Part shown: positions 1 through 7,517 of the stretch, in pieces
How the letters are laid out: each line of letters opens with the position of its first letter
How positions within the stretch are numbered: position 1 is the stretch's first letter
The notes under the pieces: model-generated
The model's database searches: none
Told to the model about the DNA's origin: nothing
What the model saw: only the letters and a program-made list of their open reading frames with translations
Program-made: the position numbers and the translations under genes
Origin: an uncultured Candidatus Planktophila sp.
GTDB taxonomy: Bacteria; Actinomycetota; Actinomycetes; Nanopelagicales; Nanopelagicaceae
Assembly (NCBI GenBank): GCA_937975715.1
Contig: CALJUA010000065.1
Span: forward strand, 4,796 to 68,795
Reading direction: 5' to 3'
DNA: 64,000 nt

Positions 1-1
1 C

Positions 2-739
2 TTTATTGATGAGGCACAGAAAGTAACTTGGTCTGATGTGGGCGAGATTTCTCGAATTAAAGCTCATGCGGCGGAATTTGGAGCTGACGTAGAGATTATG
101 GAGCTTGTGTCTCAGTTCCGTTGCAATGGTTCTGATGACTACATGGCTTGGCTCGATGGAACTTTAGGCGTACAAGAGAATGTTGATAATTACTTCACCA
201 AAGAAGGTTTTGACTTCCAGATTTTTGATTCTCCTACTGCTCTTCATGATGAAATTCGTAAGAAGAACAAAATCAACAACAAGTCTCGCGTTGTAGCTGG
301 ATACTGCTGGAACTGGGCAAGTAAGAAGGATTCAAAGGCTTTCGACATTGTGATGCCTGAGTTTGGATATAAGGCACAGTGGAATTTGAGTGAGTACGGA
401 AATAAGTGGATTATGGATGCTAAGTCAGTAGATGAGGTTGGTTGCATCCATACCTGCCAGGGATTAGAAGTTGATTACGTAGGCGTCATTATTGGAGATG
501 ATCTAATTGTTCGAAACGGGGAATTAGCCACAGATCCAAGTGCCCGGGCAAAGACCGATAAGTCACTGGCTGGGTATATTAAACAGCGCAAGGAAAATAC
601 TGCCGAGGCTGACGTTAAGGCTGACGAGTTAATTCGAAATACTTATCGCACGCTGATGACCCGAGGAATGAAGGGTTGTTATGTTTACTTTACGAATGAC
701 GAAACTAGAAAATACTTTGAAGCACGGATGCCGAAGTAG
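2..739 (+). CDS. DUF2075 / Schlafen group 3-like helicase-domain protein, C-terminal part (5' truncated by window edge)
   Basis: Frame is open from base 2 (FIDEAQ, Walker B-like). Contains SRVVAGYCWNW, VGCIHTCQGLEVDYVGVIIG and NTYRTLMTRGMKGCYVY, typical of the DUF2075 C-terminus. Confidence 0.85.
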   Translation, partial: FIDEAQKVTWSDVGEISRIKAHAAEFGADVEIMELVSQFRCNGSDDYMAWLDGTLGVQENVDNYFTKEGFDFQIFDSPTALHDEIRKKNKINNKSRVVAGYCWNWASKKDSKAFDIVMPEFGYKAQWNLSEYGNKWIMDAKSVDEVGCIHTCQGLEVDYVGVIIGDDLIVRNGELATDPSARAKTDKSLAGYIKQRKENTAEADVKADELIRNTYRTLMTRGMKGCYVYFTNDETRKYFEARMPK

Positions 740-750
740 TGGGAGCAAGA

Positions 751-1065
751 ATGTCTAAATCAGAATTTGATGTCCTTAAAGAAGAGATTCGGGCGTTTGC
801 GCAGGCGCGACATTGGGAGCAATTCCACACCCCCAAGAATCTAGCGATGGCCATCACGGGTGAGGCAGGGGAACTGGCAGCAGAATTCCAGTGGCTCACG
901 GCTCAACAGTCTGAATTGCAAGCCCTGAGTGACGAGCAACTAGAGGCAATCGCGCTCGAAATAGCGGATGTCCAGATTTATCTTTTAAGGCTTGCAGACA
1001 CACTTGGGGTTGATGTCCCTGCAGTTGTACGTAAGAAGCTTGAAATTAACGAATCAAGATTTTAG
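751..1065 (+). CDS. MazG-like nucleotide pyrophosphohydrolase (dCTP pyrophosphatase-like subfamily)
   Basis: WEQFHTPKNLAMAITGEAGELAAEFQW and EIADVQIYLLRLAD motifs. ATG 751 has GGAG upstream; alternative GTG 739 overlaps the upstream stop. Confidence 0.88.
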   Translation: MSKSEFDVLKEEIRAFAQARHWEQFHTPKNLAMAITGEAGELAAEFQWLTAQQSELQALSDEQLEAIALEIADVQIYLLRLADTLGVDVPAVVRKKLEINESRF

Positions 1066-1144
1066 GGCTGGTCAATTCGCTTCCTTTCCTTCATATTGTC
1101 ACTGGTACGTGATTCACTCATCCAAATAGAGACTAGGGGATCCC

Positions 1145-2332
1145 GTGGATTTTGTACTTATTGTCGGAAGCGTTGCTCTAGGGGTAGCGCTAGCAGAAAA
1201 AGCTGGGTTCAAGAAATCAAGTGGCGCATTCATTGGCCTTTTCTTCAACCTTTTTGGAATCGTTTATCTTGCGGTAAGAGCTAGAAAAAGGAATCAGGCT
1301 GTCGCTATGCCTATTGCTTCCAGGAACGCTGTCAGCGAGAACCCACGAAAGCAATTTTCAGGTTCTCGTTTTGCCCAAGATGGAGCCAAAGGGAACATGT
1401 TTTCATATGCGTCTACAACTTCGGGATCACCAATCGACTCCGATTATGTTGTAGTTGATCTTGAAACTTCAGGGTTAGAACCAGGTAATGCACGGGTTAT
1501 AGAAATTGCTTTGAAGCGTATAGATAAGAATGGAAACACATTAGACGAGTATTCAACTTTGATTAATCCGGGTAACGCTGGCGTAGGAGCCACATTCATT
1601 CATCACATCACTGAAGAGGCTGTAGCTGACGCGCCAACTTTCGCTGAAGTAGCGGATCAGATTATGTTTCGCATGCAAGATGCAGTAATGGTGGCTCATC
1701 ATGCAGCTTTTGAGGATAAGTTCTTATCGGCTGAATTTAGGCGAGCAGGGATCAAAGTTGCTCCAGTGCCCGCTCTCGACACTTTATGGCTTGCGCGAAC
1801 ATCTCTAGATTTACCGAACTTCAAGCAGGAGACACTGCTTAATTTTTACGGAATCCAAGCAAATGATGCCCACACGGCTCTCGGAGATGTTCGTGCCCTT
1901 TCTCAAATTCTGCCAAAACTAGTTTCTTTATCAAGAGAACTTTTTTATAGTGATAGCCCGTGGGCTGAAATTACGCAACCACAATCTTTAATTGCTAAGA
2001 CTCGTGTTTCGAATCTTAAGAAAGGCGATGCAGGTTGGATGAAATCAATCCTTTCGAAGTTACCAGACCACGCATTAGAAGTTTCGTCAGATGTAGAGAT
2101 GGCGTATTTGGATTATCTTGGAATAGCTTTCCAAGATGGAAAATTGATCGGTGACGAGGCAAAAGAGCTAGCAAAGATTGCTGGGCGAGCTGGACTAGGC
2201 GTCAAGCAAGTTGAGTCCTTAAACCAACGATTTTTAGACTCGGTAATCAAGCAAGCCGAGTCTGATGGATCCGTTTCAGTTGAAGAGAAGAAGTTGATTC
2301 AGCAGATAAAGAGCAACTTGGGTCTTCACTAA
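1145..2332 (+). CDS. Membrane-anchored DEDDh 3'-5' exonuclease (DnaQ-like) with TerB-like helical C-terminal region
   Basis: N-terminal hydrophobic hairpin. ExoI VVVDLETSG, ExoII AHHAAFEDKFL, ExoIII HTALGDVRAL. Two DG-x4-E-type helical repeats at the C-terminus (TerB-like, tentative). Confidence 0.75.
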   Translation: MDFVLIVGSVALGVALAEKAGFKKSSGAFIGLFFNLFGIVYLAVRARKRNQAVAMPIASRNAVSENPRKQFSGSRFAQDGAKGNMFSYASTTSGSPIDSDYVVVDLETSGLEPGNARVIEIALKRIDKNGNTLDEYSTLINPGNAGVGATFIHHITEEAVADAPTFAEVADQIMFRMQDAVMVAHHAAFEDKFLSAEFRRAGIKVAPVPALDTLWLARTSLDLPNFKQETLLNFYGIQANDAHTALGDVRALSQILPKLVSLSRELFYSDSPWAEITQPQSLIAKTRVSNLKKGDAGWMKSILSKLPDHALEVSSDVEMAYLDYLGIAFQDGKLIGDEAKELAKIAGRAGLGVKQVESLNQRFLDSVIKQAESDGSVSVEEKKLIQQIKSNLGLH

Positions 2333-2673
2333 ACCCGCACCACACACTTAATAATCGCTTCAGCACTCGCATCTTTGCCTAGTTCTGCTTCGACATTAGT
2401 GGGCATATCTCTCATGGCGCATTGGGCTAGGGTGGTCATCTGCACGGCGATATCTGCCATCCAGTAGAAGGCACCTGGACCGAGTTCTTCAATGAGTTCG
2501 GCAGCTTCTTCAAGGATCTCGTCATTGAACTTCTCTTTGCCGTCGAGATCTTCTTGGAGAACTTTTAAGAGGAAGTCACGAATCTGTGTTGCTTTATCTG
2601 AGGTCTGGCGAGCCTCGATGAGGATCTTCTGGAGTTCGTAATCCATCTTGATATTTCGTAGCCATTTCTTCAT
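2329..2673 (-). CDS. Hypothetical acidic helical protein
   Basis: 114-aa ORF (possible start ATG 2646) whose stop overlaps the convergent exonuclease stop; no recognised motif. Confidence 0.55.
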   Translation of the reverse strand: MKKWLRNIKMDYELQKILIEARQTSDKATQIRDFLLKVLQEDLDGKEKFNDEILEEAAELIEELGPGAFYWMADIAVQMTTLAQCAMRDMPTNVEAELGKDASAEAIIKCVVRV

Positions 2674-2738
2674 ATAGCGAGGCTATGGGGGAGCGGTGAC
2701 AAGTGGTTCTGTCGGGGTAGATAGCTAGACTCTGAAGC

Positions 2739-3406
2739 ATGAGCCTTCGCTTTCGCCGGTCGATGAAGTTAATGCCTGGAGTTCGATTGAACTTCGGTAA
2801 AGATTCGGTTGGTATGTCATTTGGTGTGCCGGGTGCGCGATACACGGTCAATAGCAAAGGTCGTCGCACGGTTTCGATGATCGATTGGTGCGCAAGTATT
2901 TCCTGGGGATTTATCCAGGGGTGCAGATCACCGCGGACATCTTCTCTGTGGGGTCATACACATCTCAGACATTGGGCTTTATCGTCTCTGAGCTCTTGCA
3001 GAAGGAAGAGAAATACGCAGAAGCGATTGCTGTGCTCAATGAGATGAGCCCTGATCAATTGGTGGGAATTTCACTTGCCGATATAGAGATTACATCTGGA
3101 GATTTCGATGGCGCGATTGAGACTACTGAAGATATTGAGAATGAGGATGATGCAACGGCGATGATGTTGGTGCTGCGCGGTATCGCATTTCGCGAGAAGG
3201 GCTTAGATGATGCTGCCCTTGAGTGCTTTAAGCGGGCGATTGCAAAGAAGTCTCGGTCTGAGGGTGTTATTCATCGCGGATTATTTGAAAGAGCGATGAC
3301 CTATAAGAAGCTAGGTAAGAAAGCTGCAGCGAAGAAAGATTTAGAGAAGATCCTTGTTGATGACCCGCAGGCTGCTGGTGTCAATGAGGTGCTGAAGGGG
3401 CTTTAG
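2739..3406 (+). pseudogene. DUF4236-domain / TPR protein split by a frameshift (probable internal deletion)
   Basis: 2739-~2875 encodes RFRRSMKLMPGVRLNFGKDSVGMSFGVPGARYTVNSKGRRTVS (DUF4236). The TPR part (open 2855-3406, ALECFKRA, GLFERAMTYKKLG) is in another frame. Confidence 0.7.
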
Positions 3407-3408
3407 TT

Positions 3409-3434
3409 GCGACATCGCCAACTACTTTAAGTAG
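3409..3434. repeat. 26-bp direct repeat, copy 1 (GCGACATCGCCAACTACTTTAAGTAG)
   Basis: Identical to 4491-4516; contains the inverted repeat CTACTT-T-AAGTAG. Confidence 0.9.
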
Positions 3435-3436
3435 AG

Positions 3437-3471
3437 AAAGAGGGTCCACAGCGAACTGTGAACCCTCTTTT
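3437..3471 (+). terminator. Intrinsic terminator-like hairpin after the TPR gene
   Basis: AAAGAGGGT/ACCCTCTTT outer stem, CACAG-CGAA-CTGTG inner stem, T-run at the 3' end. Confidence 0.65.
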
Positions 3472-3595
3472 CGTCTCCCTGACTAAGGTAAATAAACAGT
3501 ATCAAAATATTTTTAATTCTCAAGCAAGAGTTTTCCACATTGTCGGAAAAATCTTTTCTGCACTCATATCAAACTCTCTAATCTCTGCCGTGCGT

Positions 3596-3669
3596 GTGGA
3601 TGTAGCTCAGCGGATAGAGCGTCTCCATGACTAAGTAGAAGGTCGCGGGTTCAAATCCCGCCATTCATA
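3596..3669 (+). tRNA. tRNA-like element (tRNA-Arg-derived, non-canonical anticodon arm; pseudo-tRNA by standard criteria)
   Basis: Acceptor GTGGATG/CATTCAT, D arm GCTC-AGCGGATA-GAGC, variable loop AGGTC, perfect T arm GCGGG-TTCAAAT-CCCGC. Anticodon arm TCTCC-ATGACTAA-GTAGA has a mismatch and an 8-nt loop. No encoded CCA. Confidence 0.7.
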
Positions 3670-3679
3670 CGTAAACTTG

Positions 3680-3715
3680 ATGGCCCCGGAGTTTGTCGCC
3701 CGGGGCCATTTTGTT
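3680..3715 (+). terminator. Intrinsic terminator after the tRNA-like element
   Basis: ATGGCCCCGG/CCGGGGCCAT 10-bp stem followed by TTTGTT. Confidence 0.8.
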
Positions 3716-3737
3716 CTTCGCGTGCGACCATTGCCAC

Positions 3738-4142
3738 ATGGATAATCGCAAGCTTGGTCGGTTGATGGGTTACATCTTGCTAGGCGCAGGAGTGGGGCAC
3801 TTTGTATTTCCTAGCGCGTTGGATTCGATTGTGCCCAAGGCGTTGCCAGGAGATCCTCGTATCTACACATACTTAAGCGGTGTGGCCGAGCTTGCTATTG
3901 GTGCAGCGTTATTGGCTCCGTTGTCGAAGAAGGTGCTGGGCAAGCCGGTAAAGCTGTGGGGTGCGTATGGCGCCTTTGCGTTGTTCTTGGCTGTTTATCC
4001 TGCCAATATCAACATGGCAGTGCAGTGGAGCGATCGCCCGATGCCAGAACCGTTGATTGCATATGCGCGGCTGCCATTTCAGTTCTACTTCTTATGGGCT
4101 GCTTGGAAGTTAATGAAAGCTATTCAACGCCGAACGGCGTAA
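3738..4142 (+). CDS. DoxX-like membrane protein
   Basis: Four hydrophobic segments; HFVFP..LDSIVP..LP, SGVAEL and AVYPANINMA motifs of actinobacterial DoxX-type proteins. Confidence 0.75.
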   Translation: MDNRKLGRLMGYILLGAGVGHFVFPSALDSIVPKALPGDPRIYTYLSGVAELAIGAALLAPLSKKVLGKPVKLWGAYGAFALFLAVYPANINMAVQWSDRPMPEPLIAYARLPFQFYFLWAAWKLMKAIQRRTA

Positions 4143-4291
4143 GTTCGCGGGAACTATGTATTGGGCTTTATCGTGCGCGCATCAGGGCCGCTGGGGCGTT
4201 ATGGATACAAGTGGGTTGCAGGACATCGCAATTCGTGGCTGATTAGAACTGCCACGAAGATTATCGAGCGCTCGCTTTAAAGGCTGCTTTT

Positions 4292-4322
4292 AAAACAAAA
4301 ACCCGCAGATCGCTCTGCGGGT
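4292..4322 (-). terminator. Intrinsic terminator (stronger for a leftward transcript)
   Basis: ACCCGCAGA-TCGC-TCTGCGGGT stem preceded on + by AAAACAAAA, i.e. a U-tract on the minus strand. Confidence 0.7.
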
Positions 4323-4490
4323 ATTTGCCTCATGCAGGGGTACCAAGTCTTGAAGTATTCAATACTCCCATTACGTCAATTGGCCTCACGACGTCTAGTG
4401 AGGCCAATTGATCGATCGATACCATCGAGTGACTAAGTCGAGGCATTTCTAAATATATTGTTTCCAGATTAGTTTTCAAGATTTTTAGTC

Positions 4491-4516
4491 GCGACATCGC
4501 CAACTACTTTAAGTAG
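4491..4516. repeat. 26-bp direct repeat, copy 2
   Basis: Identical to 3409-3434. Confidence 0.9.
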
Positions 4517-4593
4517 CGCAAGTTCATTTGAGGAACTCAAAGTAGTTCGGGTTTGTTATTGCTTTTATATAACTTCGCCGTACATTGGTAATT

Positions 4594-4866
4594 ATGAACG
4601 TAGAAGAAATCACGATTGATACCGAGTATCAACTTGCATACGCCTATCTTGCTTCAGGAAAAGTGGCTAGAACAATTGAGGTCAATCAAACTATTAATAT
4701 TGACGTGAAAGAAAACGGAGAACCATTCGGCGTCGAATTTCTTTGTTTTGATTCACTGAATCACACTAAGGACGCTCTCCTTGCAGAAAACAATCAACTC
4801 ACTGATTCAGAACTTGAAGCAGTTCTTGTCGCGCAGGAAAAGGTGCGTGAGCGCCTAGCGGACTGA
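4594..4866 (+). CDS. DUF2283-domain protein
   Basis: [21 protein letters not shown]...[17 protein letters not shown] pattern; 3' end overlaps the lexA 3' end. Confidence 0.7.
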   Translation: MNVEEITIDTEYQLAYAYLASGKVARTIEVNQTINIDVKENGEPFGVEFLCFDSLNHTKDALLAENNQLTDSELEAVLVAQEKVRERLAD

Positions 4867-5499
4867 GCGAAGAACTGCAGTGACTTTGCCGAGGATTTCG
4901 CAATGAGTTCCGTCGATTGGCGCGAAGTCATCGTTGGCTGGCAATAGCCAGACGGTGCCGTTCTTCTTTGAGAAAGTTTTTACAGTTGCTTCGCCATCAA
5001 TCATTGCGGCAACGATTTCTCCGTTGTTGGCATCTTTCTGCTGACGGATGACGACGTAATCGCCATCGCAGATTGCGGCGTTGATCATGGACTCGCCCTT
5101 GACCTTCAACATAAAGAGATCGCCAGAACCCACGAGTGATTCGGGCAGTGGCATTGTCTCTTCGACCATCTGGTCGGCGGTGATAGGTACACCGGCTGCG
5201 ATAGAACCAACAAGAGGGATGTATCGAGTCTTATCGACGGGGGTGGTGTTGCCGAGTTCGCTGTCGGGGACGACGACCTCGAGGGCGCGGCCAGAATTGT
5301 CGCCGCGGCGGATGAGGCCTTTTTCTTCAAGGATATCGAGCTGGTATTTGACCGATGCTGATGAGGTCAGGCCGACGGCGGCACCGATTTCACGCATTGT
5401 GGGCGCATAGCCCTGGCTGTCGACGGAAGATTTGATGAAGTCGAGGATCTCGACCTGGCGGCCGGTGAGCTCGCCATCTGGGGATATCTTTTTGGCCAT
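4855..5499 (-). CDS. lexA: SOS repressor LexA
   Basis: [32 protein letters not shown] cleavage site, GESM catalytic Ser, TVK catalytic Lys. Start set at ATG 5499. Confidence 0.97.
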   Translation of the reverse strand: MAKKISPDGELTGRQVEILDFIKSSVDSQGYAPTMREIGAAVGLTSSASVKYQLDILEEKGLIRRGDNSGRALEVVVPDSELGNTTPVDKTRYIPLVGSIAAGVPITADQMVEETMPLPESLVGSGDLFMLKVKGESMINAAICDGDYVVIRQQKDANNGEIVAAMIDGEATVKTFSKKNGTVWLLPANDDFAPIDGTHCEILGKVTAVLRSVR

Positions 5500-5530
5500 A
5501 CACAGATGGTTCCACACCCTGTGGAAAAAA

Positions 5531-5546
5531 TCAAACATATGTTCGA
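5531..5546. promoter_or_regulatory. SOS box (1 mismatch)
   Basis: TCAAAC-ATAT-GTTCGA versus actinobacterial consensus TCGAAC-N4-GTTCGA, just upstream of lexA. Confidence 0.8.
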
Positions 5547-5589
5547 AAAAATGTTGCACTTGTCGGTGGTCGGGGGTATTGTTCTTTTA

Positions 5590-5605
5590 TCGAACAAGCG
5601 TTCGA
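5590..5605. promoter_or_regulatory. SOS box (perfect)
   Basis: TCGAAC-AAGC-GTTCGA between divergent lexA and LysM genes. Confidence 0.9.
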
Positions 5606-5644
5606 AAACCTTCCCCAAGGTTTGTACATGGCAGGAGCAAGACC

Positions 5645-6010
5645 ATGAGCACACTAACAATCAACACAGTAGGGCCAAGAAACGTTGATTTTAAAGGCTT
5701 TTCAGCCAATCCGTCCGGACGAATTGTTCTCAATCGCCGTGGCCGACTAGCTCGTACCCTCGTGGTTCTTTCTCTCGCTATCGTGGCAGCTTCAGTTGCT
5801 GGCGGACAAGCTGGCGCTGACACAAGCAAGACCCAGGTGACCTCCAGCCACTTCATCACAGTCACTGTGGCGCCAGGAGATACCGTCTGGTCTCTGGCCA
5901 ATCGCGTCGACTCTCGCGATCCAGGTGCTCTGGTGGCATCCATCATCGAGATCAATGGCCTCGGCAATGGCGATCTGACTGCCGGCCAGAAGATTCGTAT
6001 TCCTCTTTAA
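5645..6010 (+). CDS. LysM-domain membrane protein, SOS-induced division inhibitor type (YneA/ChiZ/DivS-like)
   Basis: LNRRGR + transmembrane segment + LysM (VTVAPGDTVWSLA...LTAGQKIRIP). Divergent from lexA; GGAG SD before ATG 5645. Confidence 0.85.
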   Translation: MSTLTINTVGPRNVDFKGFSANPSGRIVLNRRGRLARTLVVLSLAIVAASVAGGQAGADTSKTQVTSSHFITVTVAPGDTVWSLANRVDSRDPGALVASIIEINGLGNGDLTAGQKIRIPL

Positions 6011-6025
6011 TACCCCGATCTAGTG

Positions 6026-6061
6026 TTAGCCTTTACCTATGGTTACTAAGGTAAAGGCTAA
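6026..6061. promoter_or_regulatory. 13-bp perfect inverted repeat over the antitoxin promoter/start (putative TA operator)
   Basis: TTAGCCTTTACCT-N10-AGGTAAAGGCTAA covers the -10 (TAGCCT 6027-6032) and ATG 6039. Confidence 0.7.
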
Positions 6062-6350
6062 GAAGAAGGCGGTTCCAGCCAAGAGAGTACCTGCCTTGAA
6101 AAAACAGCGCCGCGGCCGTTCATCCACATCTCGCATTAGCACAAAGCATCAAGTGACGATTCCCGTAGAAGTATTACGCAATTCAAATTTAGCGATCGGT
6201 GATGAAGTGGAAATAACAGTAAATGAAAATGGTGCTGTGGAAGTCAAAAAAGTAGCGCCATTTAATCCTTTTCAGGCGTTGGCAGATGCAGCAGGGGATA
6301 CCTATATTGGTTTCGATTTGGAGAAAGAACGCGCCGAATCATGGGATTAG
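6039..6350 (+). CDS. AbrB/MazE/SpoVT-family antitoxin (VapB-like)
   Basis: SRISTKHQVTIPVEVLRNSNLAIGDEVEI swapped-hairpin motif; overlaps the PIN gene. Confidence 0.85.
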   Translation: MVTKVKAKKKAVPAKRVPALKKQRRGRSSTSRISTKHQVTIPVEVLRNSNLAIGDEVEITVNENGAVEVKKVAPFNPFQALADAAGDTYIGFDLEKERAESWD

Positions 6351-6718
6351 TTCTTCTTGATTCCTCAGTATTAATAGCGTTGCTCAATCCAACAGATTTT
6401 CACCACAAGTCGGCTCTAAATTCGAGAACGCAGAATGATCGGTTCATCATCTCTTCCATTTCAATTACAGAGCTGATGCCAAGAGCAATAAAAGATGGAA
6501 TCGCGGACGGAATTTGGAACGCGCTAAACGTTGTCGCCAAAGAGATCGTTGATGTTGATTCTGAAATGGCCTTGGGTGCGGCACGCATTCGTGCGCTCAC
6601 GGGGGCACGAACTCCTGACGCAATTATTTCAGCCACCGCTCAAGCGCTAGGCGCCGAGCTCTGGACCTTTGATGCCAAGCTCGCAAAGGCGACCCCAGGC
6701 GCTCGCCTCCTCGCCTAA
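6341..6718 (+). CDS. vapC: PIN-domain toxin (VapC-like)
   Basis: LLDSSVLI, SITEL and TPDAIISATA...LWTFD PIN motifs. Confidence 0.88.
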   Translation: MGLVLLDSSVLIALLNPTDFHHKSALNSRTQNDRFIISSISITELMPRAIKDGIADGIWNALNVVAKEIVDVDSEMALGAARIRALTGARTPDAIISATAQALGAELWTFDAKLAKATPGARLLA

Positions 6719-6800
6719 GGGCAGGGTGGGCTGGAAAATTCTCCCGGGCGTGTCGCACACGCTTTCAACGAGACAACTCTCGAGATTTAGTTTAGAGTTC

Positions 6801-6816
6801 CCACTATATATAGGGG
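6801..6816. promoter_or_regulatory. NrdR box
   Basis: CCACTATATATAGGGG resembles the acaCwAtATaTwGtg consensus; upstream of nrdR-nrdJ. Confidence 0.65.
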
Positions 6817-6871
6817 TTAGAAGCGCAAAAACTTCCATTACTAGGGTTTCTAGTGTAGTTTTCGCAATTCC

Positions 6872-6887
6872 CCACTACATGTAGTTG
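6872..6887. promoter_or_regulatory. NrdR box
   Basis: CCACTACATGTAGTTG, quasi-palindrome upstream of nrdR. Confidence 0.7.
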
Positions 6888-6924
6888 GATGAAAGACTCA
6901 GTATTTCGAGAGGAGACACGCCGC

Positions 6925-7440
6925 ATGATCTGCCCATTTTGCCGCCATGACGATTCGCGCGTGATCGACTCTCGCCCCGTAGAAGATGGCACCCAGATTC
7001 GCCGTCGCCGCGAGTGCCCAGAATGTGGCCAGCGCTTCTCAACCCAGGAAGTCGCCCTGCTCAACATCATTAAGCGCTCGGGTGCAACCGAACCATTTAG
7101 CCGCGAGAAGGTCCTCGTAGGCGTCCGTAAGGCATGCCAGGGCCGTCCGGTTAATGAGGATGATTTAGTTCTCTTGGCACAGCGCGTAGAAGAGACTCTG
7201 CGCGCCACAGGTCAGGCAGAGATCGAGGCCAATGAGGTCGGAATGGCGATCCTTGCGCCACTCCGCGAACTCGATGAGGTCGCCTACCTGCGATATGCCT
7301 CTGTCTATCGTAACTTTGCCTCCTTAGAAGATTTTGAAGGAGAGATCGCACTTCTCCGCGCTCTACCTTCAAATAGCAGTGAAAATAGCAAGACCCCTTC
7401 CTCCGCCAGCAAGACAACAACTAGCTCTGCAAAGAGTTAA
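6925..7440 (+). CDS. nrdR: Transcriptional repressor NrdR
   Basis: [12 protein letters not shown]...[16 protein letters not shown] zinc ribbon plus ATP cone ([17 protein letters not shown]). Confidence 0.97.
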   Translation: MICPFCRHDDSRVIDSRPVEDGTQIRRRRECPECGQRFSTQEVALLNIIKRSGATEPFSREKVLVGVRKACQGRPVNEDDLVLLAQRVEETLRATGQAEIEANEVGMAILAPLRELDEVAYLRYASVYRNFASLEDFEGEIALLRALPSNSSENSKTPSSASKTTTSSAKS

Positions 7441-7517
7441 TTGGCCCCTTGCGCCCAAAAACTAAATACAGCAAAAGCAATAACCACCAGAAAAATTAGA
7501 AGACGGGAAAAAGAGAT

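Noticed and set aside
2855-3047. Programmed -1 frameshift joining DUF4236 and TPR
   Set aside because: No X-XXY-YYZ slippery heptamer at the junction, and the linker appears deleted.
3596-3669. Functional tRNA-Val(GAC) or tRNA-Ser(ACT)
   Set aside because: The 8-nt loop lacks the canonical pyrimidine-U at 32-33, the stem has a mismatch, and the body looks Arg-like.
3409-4516. 26-bp repeat as a dif site or integron attC
   Set aside because: It shares only GCGACAT with the actinobacterial dif site, lacks the 11-6-11 layout, and lacks the RYYYAAC...GTTRRRY order. Kept only as an unclassified repeat.
1-4866. Prophage or IS element at the left end
   Set aside because: No integrase, transposase, terminal inverted repeats or phage structural genes in the window.
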